Source of the DNA: an uncultured Acidobacteriota bacterium
GTDB taxonomy: Bacteria; Acidobacteriota; Thermoanaerobaculia; UBA5066; DATFVB01
Direction: 5' to 3'
Assembly (NCBI GenBank): GCA_963813155.1
Contig: CAWEYG010000001.1
Location: 416,001-480,000 of the forward strand
Length of the DNA: 64,000 nt
Shown here: positions 53,193 through 63,796 of the stretch, piece after piece
Position numbering within the stretch: the first letter of the stretch is position 1
Layout: every line of letters starts with the position of its first letter
The notes under the pieces: model-generated
What the model saw: the letters and a program-made list of their open reading frames with translations, nothing else
Told to the model about the DNA's origin: nothing
The model's database searches: none
Translations under genes and position numbers: made by a program

Positions 53193-53747
53193 CTACCCTT
53201 CCTTCCTTTCCGCGCGCCGCTTGATCGCCCGGAGCCACATCCGCCGAATGAATCCGCTGCCGGGGCGAATCACCCTCCAGTAGCGGGCGAAACGCCGCCG
53301 GGACACGGCGTCCGTCGCGAAGACCCGCGTCTCGGTGCGGACGACGCAGAAGGACCGGCCAGTTTCTTCGATCGAGAAGTTCATCGCGGCCAACGCGAAC
53401 CCGGGCCCGCGGACCGCCTCAAACTCTTCGGGCGTGGAAATCCCCGCGGCGCCTTTCGGGGCGATGACAACCGTGCCCACGACGAGCTCTCGGTTGGGCC
53501 GATCCGAAAGCGCCAGAAACGTCGTCCGGGTCGCGACGTCGAGGATCGGAACGTGGCCGGGAGGATTCAGAATCCCTTCCACAGCCGGCTTCCCGAATCT
53601 TCGGACCCACGTCAGCGTCTGGAAGAGAAAGATCTCTCCCGCAGTGACGTTCCGAATCGCGTCGTCCACGCGTTCCACCGGCGCCGCGATCGCGATCGAA
53701 TGCCGCTCCTGAAACTGATACTCCGGAACGAAGCGATCGAGATCCAC
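53193..53747 (-). CDS. Hypothetical protein (DUF2867-like)
   Basis: LDRFVPEYQFQERH, TETRV..TD...RRF..YW..I..GSG.IRR.WL. Confidence 0.75.
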   Translation of the reverse strand: MDLDRFVPEYQFQERHSIAIAAPVERVDDAIRNVTAGEIFLFQTLTWVRRFGKPAVEGILNPPGHVPILDVATRTTFLALSDRPNRELVVGTVVIAPKGAAGISTPEEFEAVRGPGFALAAMNFSIEETGRSFCVVRTETRVFATDAVSRRRFARYWRVIRPGSGFIRRMWLRAIKRRAERKEG

Positions 53748-53811
53748 GCGGCGATTATGTCAGGGCCTCCCTCGGCCCAATGCGAGCCCAGCCCCAGCGC
53801 CGGCTCGGCAA

Positions 53812-53921
53812 GCGGGTCCTGTCGCGGGACTCGCTCCTCTTTTCCGCTCGCCGCTAGCCGGAGGACTTTGCTACACCCGCGTTGCGAGCGGCAAAAGGGA
53901 GTCTCGCCCCGCACCACCCGC
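53812..53921. repeat. Palindromic repeat element, copy C (intergenic, 110 bp)
   Basis: (A)GCGGGT...ACCCGC(T) inverted ends; inner stems CTCCTCTTTT/AAAAGGGAG and CCGCTCGC/GCGAGCGG. Confidence 0.85.
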
Positions 53922-54248
53922 TCTCTCTTGCGCCGGCGCGTTGGCCCCGACGCTCGCGGCCGGGGTTTTGCAGCGGCGCGCAGGCGGTTCCGAGGAGCCG
54001 AAAAGTGTGTGTGAGCTGGATGTCTTCAACTCGAAGTCTGAAAGCCCCCCTTGGTGAGAGGTTGCCGAAGTGAAGCCCGATGTTGCGAGTTCTTTTCGGC
54101 GAGCGAGGAACTGCCGAGTGCCGCTGTGGGGCTCGTGGCCGCGAGCGGGCTGAGCGAAGCCCCTACTCTGCCGTCCGGCGCAGCTCATCGATGAAAAGCG
54201 ACGAAGCCTTTTTCCGGGGATATCATCGAACTCGCTGGAGGATCATCG

Positions 54249-54872
54249 ATGCGTCTTCGCACGTTCCTGTTCGCCGCCACCGCCTTCGTCCTCGCCGCTT
54301 CGAGCGCGCTTTCCGCGGCGGACAAGCCGCGCTTGGAGAAGGCGACGTTCGCGGGCGGGTGCTTCTGGTGCACGCAGCACGACTTCGAGGAGGTGCCCGG
54401 GGTCTTTTCCGTCACGGCCGGCTACACGGGGGGCCGCGAGCCCAACCCCACCTACGAGCAGGTCGGCCGGCACGAGACCGGCCACGCGGAATCGGTCGAG
54501 GTCCTGTTCGACCCCTCGAAGATCACGTACCGGCAGCTCGTCGACCGGTTCTGGCGCCTTGTCGACCCCACGACCGAGGACCGTCAGTTCTGTGACTGGG
54601 GAGGAGTCGGCGGCCCTTACCGCTCCGAAATCTTCTACCACTCCGAAGAGCAGAAGAAGATCGCGGAAGAATCGAAGCGCGACGTCGAGAGGACGAAGAC
54701 GTTCAAGGAGCCGATCCTGACGAAAATCACGCCGGCCGCCGCGTTCTACCCGGCCGAAAAGTACCACCAGGACTACTGGAAGAAGAACCCGATCGAGTAC
54801 CACCGGTACCGCAGCGGCTGCGGTCGCGACGCGCGCCTGAAGGCGTTGTGGGGTGCGAGCGCAGGAAGGTGA
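54249..54872 (+). CDS. msrA: Peptide-methionine (S)-S-oxide reductase, secreted
   Basis: Signal peptide; FAGGCFWC, GYTGG, PTYEQV, GHAE, QFCD.G, FYPAEKYHQDY. Confidence 0.95.
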   Translation: MRLRTFLFAATAFVLAASSALSAADKPRLEKATFAGGCFWCTQHDFEEVPGVFSVTAGYTGGREPNPTYEQVGRHETGHAESVEVLFDPSKITYRQLVDRFWRLVDPTTEDRQFCDWGGVGGPYRSEIFYHSEEQKKIAEESKRDVERTKTFKEPILTKITPAAAFYPAEKYHQDYWKKNPIEYHRYRSGCGRDARLKALWGASAGR

Positions 54873-54882
54873 CTCAGAACCG

Positions 54883-57393
54883 CTAGGGCCGAACTCCACG
54901 TATCGGAGCGGGATGGAGCGGAGCGATCGGACTCAGTCTGGGCGGATTCTGGACCGTCAGGAAGTAGCTTCGTCGACCGGTGCAACCGTTCGAGTCTCGC
55001 GCGAGAACGACGAAATGAAAGGTTCCCACGTTCGTCGGAGTACCCTGCAACAAGCCGAGGGGCTCGTCGAAGGTGATGCCAGGCGGCAACTGCCCCGATA
55101 GGAAAGTGTACGAATACCCCCCCGAACCTCCCGACGCGATCAAAGGAACGAGCAACGGACGCCCCTGCGACGCTGGCCCGATGAACCGAGGTCCAAGAGC
55201 GATCTGAGTCTCTTCGAAAAAATAACCGATCGGATTTGCACCCTCGTCGTCGCCAGACACAATGTCGACTGTTCCGTCCCCGTCGAGATCACAAAATGCA
55301 AACACGCTGTCGACGCCGTTGGTGGATACAAACCTTTCTGGACTCTTAAAAACGCCGCCGCCATCTCCCCGGAAGATCGCGAAACCGGAATTGAGAGGCG
55401 CGAAGAGATCGAGGACGCCGTCCCCGTCAAAATCGATCGCTCGGGAGACCCTTTCGGCGATCGAAAAGAACTGGCCCGCCCGGAGTGAACGGTTCCGATT
55501 TCCGAAGAAGATTCCCAGTCCGAGATCGAGTCCACTCGCAGCGTCGAAGGGCCGAATCAAATGGACAGCCATGTCGTCAACGCCGTCGGAGTTGAAATCC
55601 CCGATCGCAATCGACACAGGCTCGCCGGGCACGGGGAGCCGGACCTCCGGCCCAAAGGTCCCATCCCCGTCTCCGTAAAACACGGAAATCAGGGGGGGAG
55701 GCCGGACACCTTCGTTCTCGGCGTCATAAAGGCAAACATCCTGCTTCCCGTCGCCATCGAGGTCGCCCAATGCGAGCAGCGTCGCCGGTCCGCTCAGCGG
55801 AATGGACTTGACGAGACGGAAGCTGCCGTCGCCGTTTCCCAGATATACGATGAAGCTCGGTGGGCCGTCCGTCGCGACGATCAAATCGAGTATGCCGTCG
55901 GAGTTCACGTCCCCCACCGCGGTGCGAATACCCGACGCAGGGAATCCGAAAAAGCGGGAGCTCTCGAACGTGCCGTCTCCGCGACCGAGAGCCACGCCAT
56001 AGCCTGGTTGGCCTCCCGGGCCGGACGCAGGAAAGCCGAGGTCGAGATTCCCGTCGCCATTGAAGTCGCCGACCGCAGGCGCTCCCCACATGCCGGCTAC
56101 GGCTTCCTGGGAAACCGCGATGATGGAATACGCGCCGAGACCGTTTCCGAGGTAAAGGGCCGGGGGATCGGAAGCGAAAATGTCCGGGATCCCGTCGTTG
56201 TTAAAATCTCCCGCCGCGACGAAGCCGGTTCCCGGGAGTTCGTCCGGCGCCGCCATCTCTCCTCCCTGGCTAACGGGAACCGAAAATGCGGAGGATTGCC
56301 CGTATCCACCCGAGGTGACGATCTCTCGAACGTTGTCGTCATTCACGCCGACCATGAAAGCGGAGCCGGAGCGAGTCACGTAGCTCAACGGGTTCTCGAA
56401 CACACCCCGTCCACGCCCGAGGAAGACTTGGACGATTCCGCTCACTGGCGCGAGCACGACAATATCGGGAACGCGATCACCATTGCAGTCGAACGACGTG
56501 AGGACATCGCCGTCCGAGACCGTCGGAAAGCTCGCAAGAAAGCGAAATCCTCCGGATCCGTCGCCCGCAAAAATCTCGACGGCGTAGCCCACGACACCGG
56601 CCAGATCAGGAATGCCGTCACCATCGAAGTCGGAAAGAACGACACCGGGTCCCAGCCCCTCGACATCGCTGACGATCGCGGCAGAGAAGTCGGTCCCAAT
56701 CGTGAGAAAGGCGGAGGCCCTTTCGCCCAGAACGAGGACGTCCGGTCGGCCGTCGTTGTTCAGGTCGGACACGGCGAGTCCCGTGCCCCCCATATCGACC
56801 AACCTCGGCATTCCCGCGTTGAATTCGCCGTTCCCGAGACCACGAAGAAGGACGAGGCGCGAAGCGGATCCGTCGGAAGTCAGGACTGCGAGATCGAGCC
56901 TTCCATCGAGATCGAAGTCCGCGGACGCGAAACCGCGACAGGAAACCCCGATCGGACCCGCGGGAATGCTGTCTGCCGCCGAGCGCAAGGGCTGCCCGAA
57001 GGTGCCATCGCCATTTCCCTTCAGGACCGCGACCTCGTCCTCCGACGCGAGAAGAACCGCAAGATCGGGTTTTGAATCGCCGTCGAAGTCCCCCACCGCG
57101 ACAGCGTCCACATTCGACGAAAGCGTCAACAGACCCGGGGGCCCGAATCCGCCATTTCCGGTTCCGAGCATGACCGAGATGCTCGGTCCGGAAGTAACGA
57201 CCAAGTCAGGGTGACCGTCGCCGTTGAGATCGCCGGAGATCATTCCAGTAGGTTCCGTCAACCCCGTCGGGTAGGGGATCGGATTGTGAAAGCTGAATGG
57301 GCAATCGGCCGCAGCAGAGATGCCACATGGCATGGTAAGGATCGCAAGCGTCGCCACAGGAAGGAAGGCTCGGAATACCAGGGTCGATTTCAC
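54883..57393 (-). CDS. FG-GAP/VCBS repeat protein with C-terminal putative Ig domain
   Basis: Signal peptide; more than 10 D-F/L-N/D-x-D-G-x-x-D repeats; ASGGSGGYSY..GQLPPGI..GLLQGTPT..G.F.F Ig motif. Confidence 0.9.
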   Translation of the reverse strand: MKSTLVFRAFLPVATLAILTMPCGISAAADCPFSFHNPIPYPTGLTEPTGMISGDLNGDGHPDLVVTSGPSISVMLGTGNGGFGPPGLLTLSSNVDAVAVGDFDGDSKPDLAVLLASEDEVAVLKGNGDGTFGQPLRSAADSIPAGPIGVSCRGFASADFDLDGRLDLAVLTSDGSASRLVLLRGLGNGEFNAGMPRLVDMGGTGLAVSDLNNDGRPDVLVLGERASAFLTIGTDFSAAIVSDVEGLGPGVVLSDFDGDGIPDLAGVVGYAVEIFAGDGSGGFRFLASFPTVSDGDVLTSFDCNGDRVPDIVVLAPVSGIVQVFLGRGRGVFENPLSYVTRSGSAFMVGVNDDNVREIVTSGGYGQSSAFSVPVSQGGEMAAPDELPGTGFVAAGDFNNDGIPDIFASDPPALYLGNGLGAYSIIAVSQEAVAGMWGAPAVGDFNGDGNLDLGFPASGPGGQPGYGVALGRGDGTFESSRFFGFPASGIRTAVGDVNSDGILDLIVATDGPPSFIVYLGNGDGSFRLVKSIPLSGPATLLALGDLDGDGKQDVCLYDAENEGVRPPPLISVFYGDGDGTFGPEVRLPVPGEPVSIAIGDFNSDGVDDMAVHLIRPFDAASGLDLGLGIFFGNRNRSLRAGQFFSIAERVSRAIDFDGDGVLDLFAPLNSGFAIFRGDGGGVFKSPERFVSTNGVDSVFAFCDLDGDGTVDIVSGDDEGANPIGYFFEETQIALGPRFIGPASQGRPLLVPLIASGGSGGYSYTFLSGQLPPGITFDEPLGLLQGTPTNVGTFHFVVLARDSNGCTGRRSYFLTVQNPPRLSPIAPLHPAPIRGVRP

Positions 57394-57485
57394 CAGGAAA
57401 CGCGGTTCCTTTCGTCACACTTGCTTTCTCCGAAGCCACTCCGGAGAAAAACGGGAAAACCTCGCTGCGTTCCCCGAAATTCCGA

Positions 57486-58355
57486 CTATTTCTCCAGCCG
57501 GATCCCCTTCCCGAGCTTCGCCTTCTCCGGGACGAGACGGTCGCCCTCGACCGGGATCTCGAAAAGAACTTCCGGATCCGAATACGCGCGAACCCGGATC
57601 GAGAAGCCGCCGATCTTCGCCGGGTCCGGGCTCTTGTCCGCGGCCCACACGTCGAACCGGTCCTCTTCGGCTTCCTTCCCGTTCGCGACGATCGAGAGCC
57701 TTTTCGCCGCGAAGTTCTCCGGGGGCTCCGGCTTGTCAGCGAGGACGTACAGGCGCGACGCCGGCTCTCGGTCGCTCCCGTACTCGAGCAGGCCGACGAC
57801 GCCCTTGTGCTTCGCCGGATCCGGAACCGCCGAGGCGGCCATGAGGTCGTGGTAGGCGACGAATCTCCGAAACGAGGTATTCGGCGCCTCGAGCCTCAGG
57901 ATCGGTGCGTCGGACGCAAAGAGCTCCTTCCCGTTGATGAGGCTGAAATAGATCGAGAGATCCTGCGCACCGCAGCAGCCCGGCCGCGTAACCCGGTACA
58001 CGTTCTCTTCGGTCGCCTCGCCGGAAGAGCCTCCCGCCGCGATCTTCCAAATCGCTTTTCCGGACGCGTCGTCCGCCCGGGACGCCTCGACGGAGACTTT
58101 CGATTTCTCCCCTTCCGCACCCGAGTCGAGCGTGCGGTCGAACGTCTCCGCGAGCAGCAGATCGACCTTCCTGAACCTCTCGGGGTAGGTCGTCGCAAAC
58201 GTGAAGCGGCGGTTCACCGTGTGTGCGATCCGCCGCCCGTCCTTTTCTTTCCACGTTTCCGCCGTGGAGGAGGCTTCGCGATGGACCTTCAGGGCCGGCG
58301 GCGCCGCGCCGAGGAATACGAGTCCTGCCAGGGGAACCAGAAATTTCTTGTTCAT
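57486..58355 (-). CDS. Hypothetical secreted protein
   Basis: MNKKFLVPLAGLVFLGA signal; beta-rich; PGCCGA motif. Confidence 0.7.
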   Translation of the reverse strand: MNKKFLVPLAGLVFLGAAPPALKVHREASSTAETWKEKDGRRIAHTVNRRFTFATTYPERFRKVDLLLAETFDRTLDSGAEGEKSKVSVEASRADDASGKAIWKIAAGGSSGEATEENVYRVTRPGCCGAQDLSIYFSLINGKELFASDAPILRLEAPNTSFRRFVAYHDLMAASAVPDPAKHKGVVGLLEYGSDREPASRLYVLADKPEPPENFAAKRLSIVANGKEAEEDRFDVWAADKSPDPAKIGGFSIRVRAYSDPEVLFEIPVEGDRLVPEKAKLGKGIRLEK

Positions 58356-58408
58356 GCTGTAGGAAAGTCTATTCGCTTTGTCGGCCGCCCGAGAGGCGAA
58401 GCGGCCGT

Positions 58409-59113
58409 TCAGACCGGGATCTGCGCGCCCGTGATGATCCGGGCGTCCGGCCCGGCGAGGAACACGATGACGCGCGCGATGTCTTCCGGTTTCGTCCAGG
58501 TGGAGAAATCCGCGTCCGGCATCGACTTTCGGTTCGCGGGCGTGTCGATCGTCGAAGGCAGCACGGCGTTGACGGTTACTCCCGACGGCTTCAGCTCCGC
58601 GGCCATCGCTTCCGTCAGCTGAAGGAGCGCGCGCTTCGAGGCGGCGTACGCCGCGATCTTGTCGCCGCTCCCGAGCGCCGCCCGCGCCGAGACGTTCACG
58701 ATCGCGCCGCCCCCGCGCGACATCATCTGTCGGGCCGCGGCATGCGAAGCGAGAACGGCCGTCTTGAGGTTGACGTCGAGCATCGCCTGCCACGTCGCCC
58801 AGGGCGTTTCCCCGACGGAAGTGCCGCCGGCGAAAGACCCGGCCGCGTTGACGAGAGCGTTCACGCTGCCGGTCTCGGACCTCGCGTGCTCGAAAAACGC
58901 CGCAACGGCCGCCTCGTCGGTCAGGTCGACGGCAGAACCGGAAAGCGGCGCGTCGGCGCTCGCCCCGATCCTGGCCCGCAGGCTCTCGAGCTCCCCTTCT
59001 TTGAAGTAGGGCACGACGACCCGCGATCCCGCGTCAAGAAAACCCTTCACAACGGCGCTCCCGAGCGCACCCGCTCCCCCCGTGACGACGGCGACCCGTC
59101 CCTGCATGGTCAT
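58409..59113 (-). CDS. SDR family oxidoreductase (FabG-like)
   Basis: VTGGAGALG, VNAAG, NVSA, YAASK, NAVLPSTIDTPANR. Confidence 0.93.
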   Translation of the reverse strand: MTMQGRVAVVTGGAGALGSAVVKGFLDAGSRVVVPYFKEGELESLRARIGASADAPLSGSAVDLTDEAAVAAFFEHARSETGSVNALVNAAGSFAGGTSVGETPWATWQAMLDVNLKTAVLASHAAARQMMSRGGGAIVNVSARAALGSGDKIAAYAASKRALLQLTEAMAAELKPSGVTVNAVLPSTIDTPANRKSMPDADFSTWTKPEDIARVIVFLAGPDARIITGAQIPV

Positions 59114-59220
59114 CGGCCCTAGTCTAGCAGGCTAGTCCCTTCGCTTTCCCGTGTTTGACACAGCGCCAGTCGGGAGCTATACCAGCGCCTCAGCGATTAT
59201 CTGGAAAAGAGGAGGAAGGC

Positions 59221-59736
59221 ATGAGGAAATCTCGGACACTCGCCCTCGCGCTCGGAGCGCTCGTCTCGATCGCCGCGATCACTTCGGCCGCGGACGAAAT
59301 GAAACCGCCCGCGGCGCCGGTCAACGCGACTTTCCAGCGCCTGAAGGCGCTCGTCGGAAACTGGAACGGCATGGCCGGCGGCAAGCCCGTGTCGGTGACG
59401 TACACGCTCGTCTCGGACGGCTCAGCGCTCATGGAGAGGCTGCATCCGGGCGAGGGAGAAGACATGATCTCGATGTATTCGCCGGACGGCGACGGCGTCA
59501 TGATGACGCACTACTGCACCATGCACAATCAGCCGCGCATGCGGGCAGCGGCCTCGACGAGCGGCCCGATCGAGTTCGCGTTCGTCGACGCAACGAACCT
59601 GGCGAAACCCACCGACCCGCACATGGACCACGTCAAAGTGAATATCGCCGACGACGGAAAGTTCTCGCAGGAGTGGGCGTTCCGAATGGGCGACGGCGTC
59701 AAGTCAGAGCTCTTCTCCTACACCCGGTCGAAGTAA
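59221..59736 (+). CDS. Hypothetical secreted beta-barrel protein
   Basis: GAGGAGG RBS; signal peptide; F.RLK.L.G.W, M.SMY, THYC..NQPRM, HM. Confidence 0.8.
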   Translation: MRKSRTLALALGALVSIAAITSAADEMKPPAAPVNATFQRLKALVGNWNGMAGGKPVSVTYTLVSDGSALMERLHPGEGEDMISMYSPDGDGVMMTHYCTMHNQPRMRAAASTSGPIEFAFVDATNLAKPTDPHMDHVKVNIADDGKFSQEWAFRMGDGVKSELFSYTRSK

Positions 59737-59825
59737 CTCCCCCTCCGGGCGGCCCGCCGGCCCGCGGCAGGCCGCCCCCATTTCGTTTAAGATCCTCGGG
59801 AAGCCCCGTTTGTCCAAGGTCACGA

Positions 59826-62800
59826 ATGAACGCCGCCCTCGCGTTGCTCGTCGCACTGACATCGGCCTCTGGCCCGAGAGCCGGTTCGGCAATTCGCGGC
59901 CGAATCGTCGGAAGCGACGGAAATCCCGCGGTCGGCGTGAGGATCGTCGCCCGGGAGTCGATCACCGAGGCGGAGCTCGCCGCGCTTCGTGACGCCGGAA
60001 AGGATCGTGGAGAAGCCGGGCGGACCGTCACCGGTCCCGACGGGAGACTCGAGCTCCATCTCCCGCCGGGAGACTACCGGATCGAGCTCTCGGGAAAAGA
60101 TCTTGCCGACGGCTCATTCGACTCGCGGCTCGACCCCGGAGAAATCGACGACGTTGGCGAGGTCGAAATTCCTGCCGCGAGGCCGTTTTCAGGAACTGTC
60201 ATTGACGCCGGCGGCCGGCCCTCCTCCGGCGCCCGCGTGACGATCCGATCGGGCGAAGAAGAATCTGGCCTCACCTTGACGACGACCGCATTGACCGGCC
60301 CGGACGGGAAATTCACTGCGACCGGGGCCGGGGAGCGTGTCGACAGGATCGAAGCGGTGGCGCCCGGTTCACCGTCCCATTTGGTGTTTCGATTTGGAAG
60401 CACGTCATCCCGCCCCGACTCGTTCATTCGACTCGAGCCCGGCCGCCGCGTTCTCGGGCAGGTTCGGCGCCCGAACGGCGCACCCGCGGCCGGCGCGCTG
60501 GTCTTCGCCTCCGGCCACGCGACGCGAACGCAGGAGGACGGCTCCTTTTCGCTCGACGGGGTCTCCAAAGACCCGGGCCCCGTCGTCTCAACCGATGGCG
60601 ATCTTCGCGGCTCGGTGCGGCTCTCCCGGGGAAAGGAATCGGTTCCCATCGCAATCCGCCTGGCGGAGACCACACGTCTTTCCGGGAGCATCGTCGACGC
60701 CGTCACGCGGCGGCCGGTAGCGCGCGCGCGGGTCCGGCTCAGAAACGTCGAAAGAATCGCTTACTCCGACGGAAAAGGACGGTTCCAGCTTGACGGGCTC
60801 GTCGCCGGAACGGAGTTCCTCTCGGCCGACCGGAAGGACTATGTCGCGTCACCGTTTCGGTCGGTCGAGCTTCAAGGGACCGGGAACCGCGCGGATATCG
60901 CCCTCATTCCTGGGGCTGTTTTCGAAGGCCGCGTCCTCGATCCGAGCCGCAAGCCGGTTGCAGGCGTCCGGATCGACTCGGAGCGCGGTTCCCCGGCCGT
61001 CCGCAGCCGAAAGGATGGAACGTTCTCGATTCTTGCCGACGCGCGCTCGGTCGTGACACTCACCGCGAGGGCACGGGGATTCGCACCCGCCGTCGTGGCG
61101 GGCCTGCGCGCCCCTCCGGGCGGACGCCGGACGGGAATCCTGATCTCTCTCGCTCACGGCGTTTCGATGTCCGGCCGCGTGGTGGACGGGTCGGGGAAAC
61201 CGGTCGGCGGCGCGAAGGTCCAATACCGGGAAGAGATCCGCGGACGACATTCCTCGGGCTCGGGCCTCGGCCACGGCGATCCGGACTTCGTCGTGACCGG
61301 AGCCGACGGACGCTTTCGTCTCGAGAATCTCCCTTCCACGACGCTCAACCTGACCGTGACGCACGCCCCAAACGCCACGAAAATCGTTTCCGGCGTTCGG
61401 GTGGCGTCCTCGCCGCCGATCCCGGACATCGTGCTCTCGCCCGCGGCGCCGGTGGAGGGCTTCGTGCGTGACGACAAAGGAAACCCCGTCGCCGCGGCGA
61501 CGGTTCAGGCCCACGCCGCGGATGCCGACGAGAGGGCCGAAACTGGCGCCGACGGCGCCTTTCGCTTCGTCACCTTCGCCGCCGGCGCGCAGCCGACGAT
61601 CTTCGCGTACGCGGTTGGGTACTCGCTGGCGACCCGCTCGTGCAGGGCCCCAGCCGCGGGAATCGTCGTCGTGCTTTCTTCGGACGGCATCGTGCGGGGA
61701 ACCGTCGAAGACGCCGCGACCGAGACAACCAATCCCGGTCTTCTCGGCCGGCTGGGGAACTCCCCGACGGAGCTCCGGCATGGTCTGGACGATGGGGCAG
61801 GAGAAGTTCGAATCGGAAGACGGTTCCTTCGAGCTCCGCGTGCAGCCCGGAACCGGTGCCGTCACCGTTTCGGCCCCCGGCTACCAGGATTCGAGCGTTG
61901 GGGGCATTGTCGTCGACGCCGGAGAAACCCGGGACGGCGTGATCTGCTCGCTCCACCCGGGCTCGCGACTGGCCGGCCGCGTGATCGACGAATCGAGCGG
62001 AGCGCCGATTCCCGCCGCGAATGTCTCCTGGGCCTTTGCCGGCAGCCTCGGCCTGGGCGATTCCATGCGATGGGACTTCGACAACGCGACTTCGACCGAC
62101 GCCGACGGCCGGTTCGAGTTCGCCGGCCTTCCGCCGGGAGAAAAGATCACGCTGCAAGCGACCGACTTCGCGCACGCGCCAGCCTCGCTCGACATCACGA
62201 CGGGCGGCGGCTCCGGGGTAGAAATTCACATGTCATCCGGCGGCCGAATCGACGGGCGCGTGCTCGATTCCTCCGGGCGAGCCGTACCGGGCGGCAGCGT
62301 CGAGCTCACGCCGCTCGGGGGAGACGCGTTTTCGGAGGATGGAACGATCAGCGACGCGTCGGGAAGCTTCCAGTTCGACCGTCTGAAGACAGGCACGTAC
62401 CGGCTCCAGGCTCGTCTCGGGTCGAACCGCTCGCGGCCCCAGGAGGTCACGGTCGCGCCCGATGCGCTTTCTGCCACGGTCGTCCTCACGCTCACGTCGG
62501 GAGCGACGATCACGGGCCGCGTGACGGGGCTCTCAGCTCTCCGAGCTCGCGTCCGCGCGGCTGTTTGCGTCTTCGAACGACGCAGCTTCAACGAAACCGC
62601 GACGCCCGACGCGTCCGGAAATTACGAGATCGACGGTGCGCCCTCGGGCGCGGTAAAAGTGACGGCGACCGTGCGCGGCCCTGCAAGGGCGATCGATGTC
62701 CCGATCGGCCGAAGTCGCCGAGGACGCGACCCGGGTCGAGGTCGACCTCGACTTCCCGGCCGGCAGCTCGCTTTCCGGAACCGTCACCCGCGGCGGCCGG

Positions 62801-63793
62801 CCGCAGCCGCAGCTCTGGGTTTCGGTACAGCCGGCGACGCCCGGTTCTCCGCCCACGAGCGGCCGAGCGACGAGCGATGCCGACGGGAGGTACTCGATCG
62901 GCGGTCTTCACGACGGCGACTACCTCGTTCAAACTTTCGACTTCGGAAGCTACTCGGGCTCCTCCTCCCGTTCGCGGCCGGTCACCATCGCGGGAGACAC
63001 GACGCTCGACATCGATCTGCCCACGCTTTCTCTTTCCGGAGTCGTCGTCGAGCTGGGCTCGAGCGACCCGGTCCCGGGCGTCCTCGTCTCCTTAGACGAC
63101 GGCGCGTCGCCGAGCACGATGACTCAGCCTCAGACGACAACGGATTCGGGAGGCCGATTTCGGCTGGACGGACTGGGCAGCGGCGCGATGACGCTGTCCG
63201 CGACGAAACGAGAGTGGCAGACCTTCAGTCAGCCTCTGACGCTCGAGGACACCTCCCCGGAACTCACGATTCCCCTGTCGCGCGCGGAAGGCATCTCGAT
63301 TCATGCAGCCGACGGAAGGACCGGTCTTCCGCTCTCGACGCTCCAGGCGCTCTTCTTTTCCGACGCCGGCGCCGTCTCCTTCGTCGGTTCGGTCGCGCTC
63401 GACTCGACAGGCCGCGGCGAGATTCCTCAGCTGCCGCCCGGGCCATACTCGCCTACGTTTTCGCCGAAGGTTACGCGCCGCAGGCGCTCGGCTGCTCTGT
63501 CGATCCCGACGCCACCCTTGACCGTGACGCCGACGCCGGGAGGCGAGCTCGACGTTCGGTCGACGGACGCGGCAGCCGGGAGCGCTCGCGACCCTCACGA
63601 CCGCCGCCGGTTCGGCCTATCTCTGGAGCCCGTTCCGGCTCGACCCCGAAGTTTTCGCTGACGGGAGCGCTCACGGCCCGAAACCAACGTGGCCCCCGGA
63701 AGCTACACCCTGACGGTACAGTGGCCATCCGGGCCGAAGAACTATCCGCTTCAGGTCACCGAAGGGCGGACGACGGTCGTCGAGCTCCCCTGA
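59826..63793 (+). CDS. Large secreted protein of tandem carboxypeptidase-regulatory-like (Cna-B-type) domains; several frameshifts
   Basis: Repeated G.V.D..G.P..GA.V and T..DG.F...L..G.Y units across three frames; stop TGA at 63791-63793. Confidence 0.8.
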
Positions 63794-63796
63794 ACG

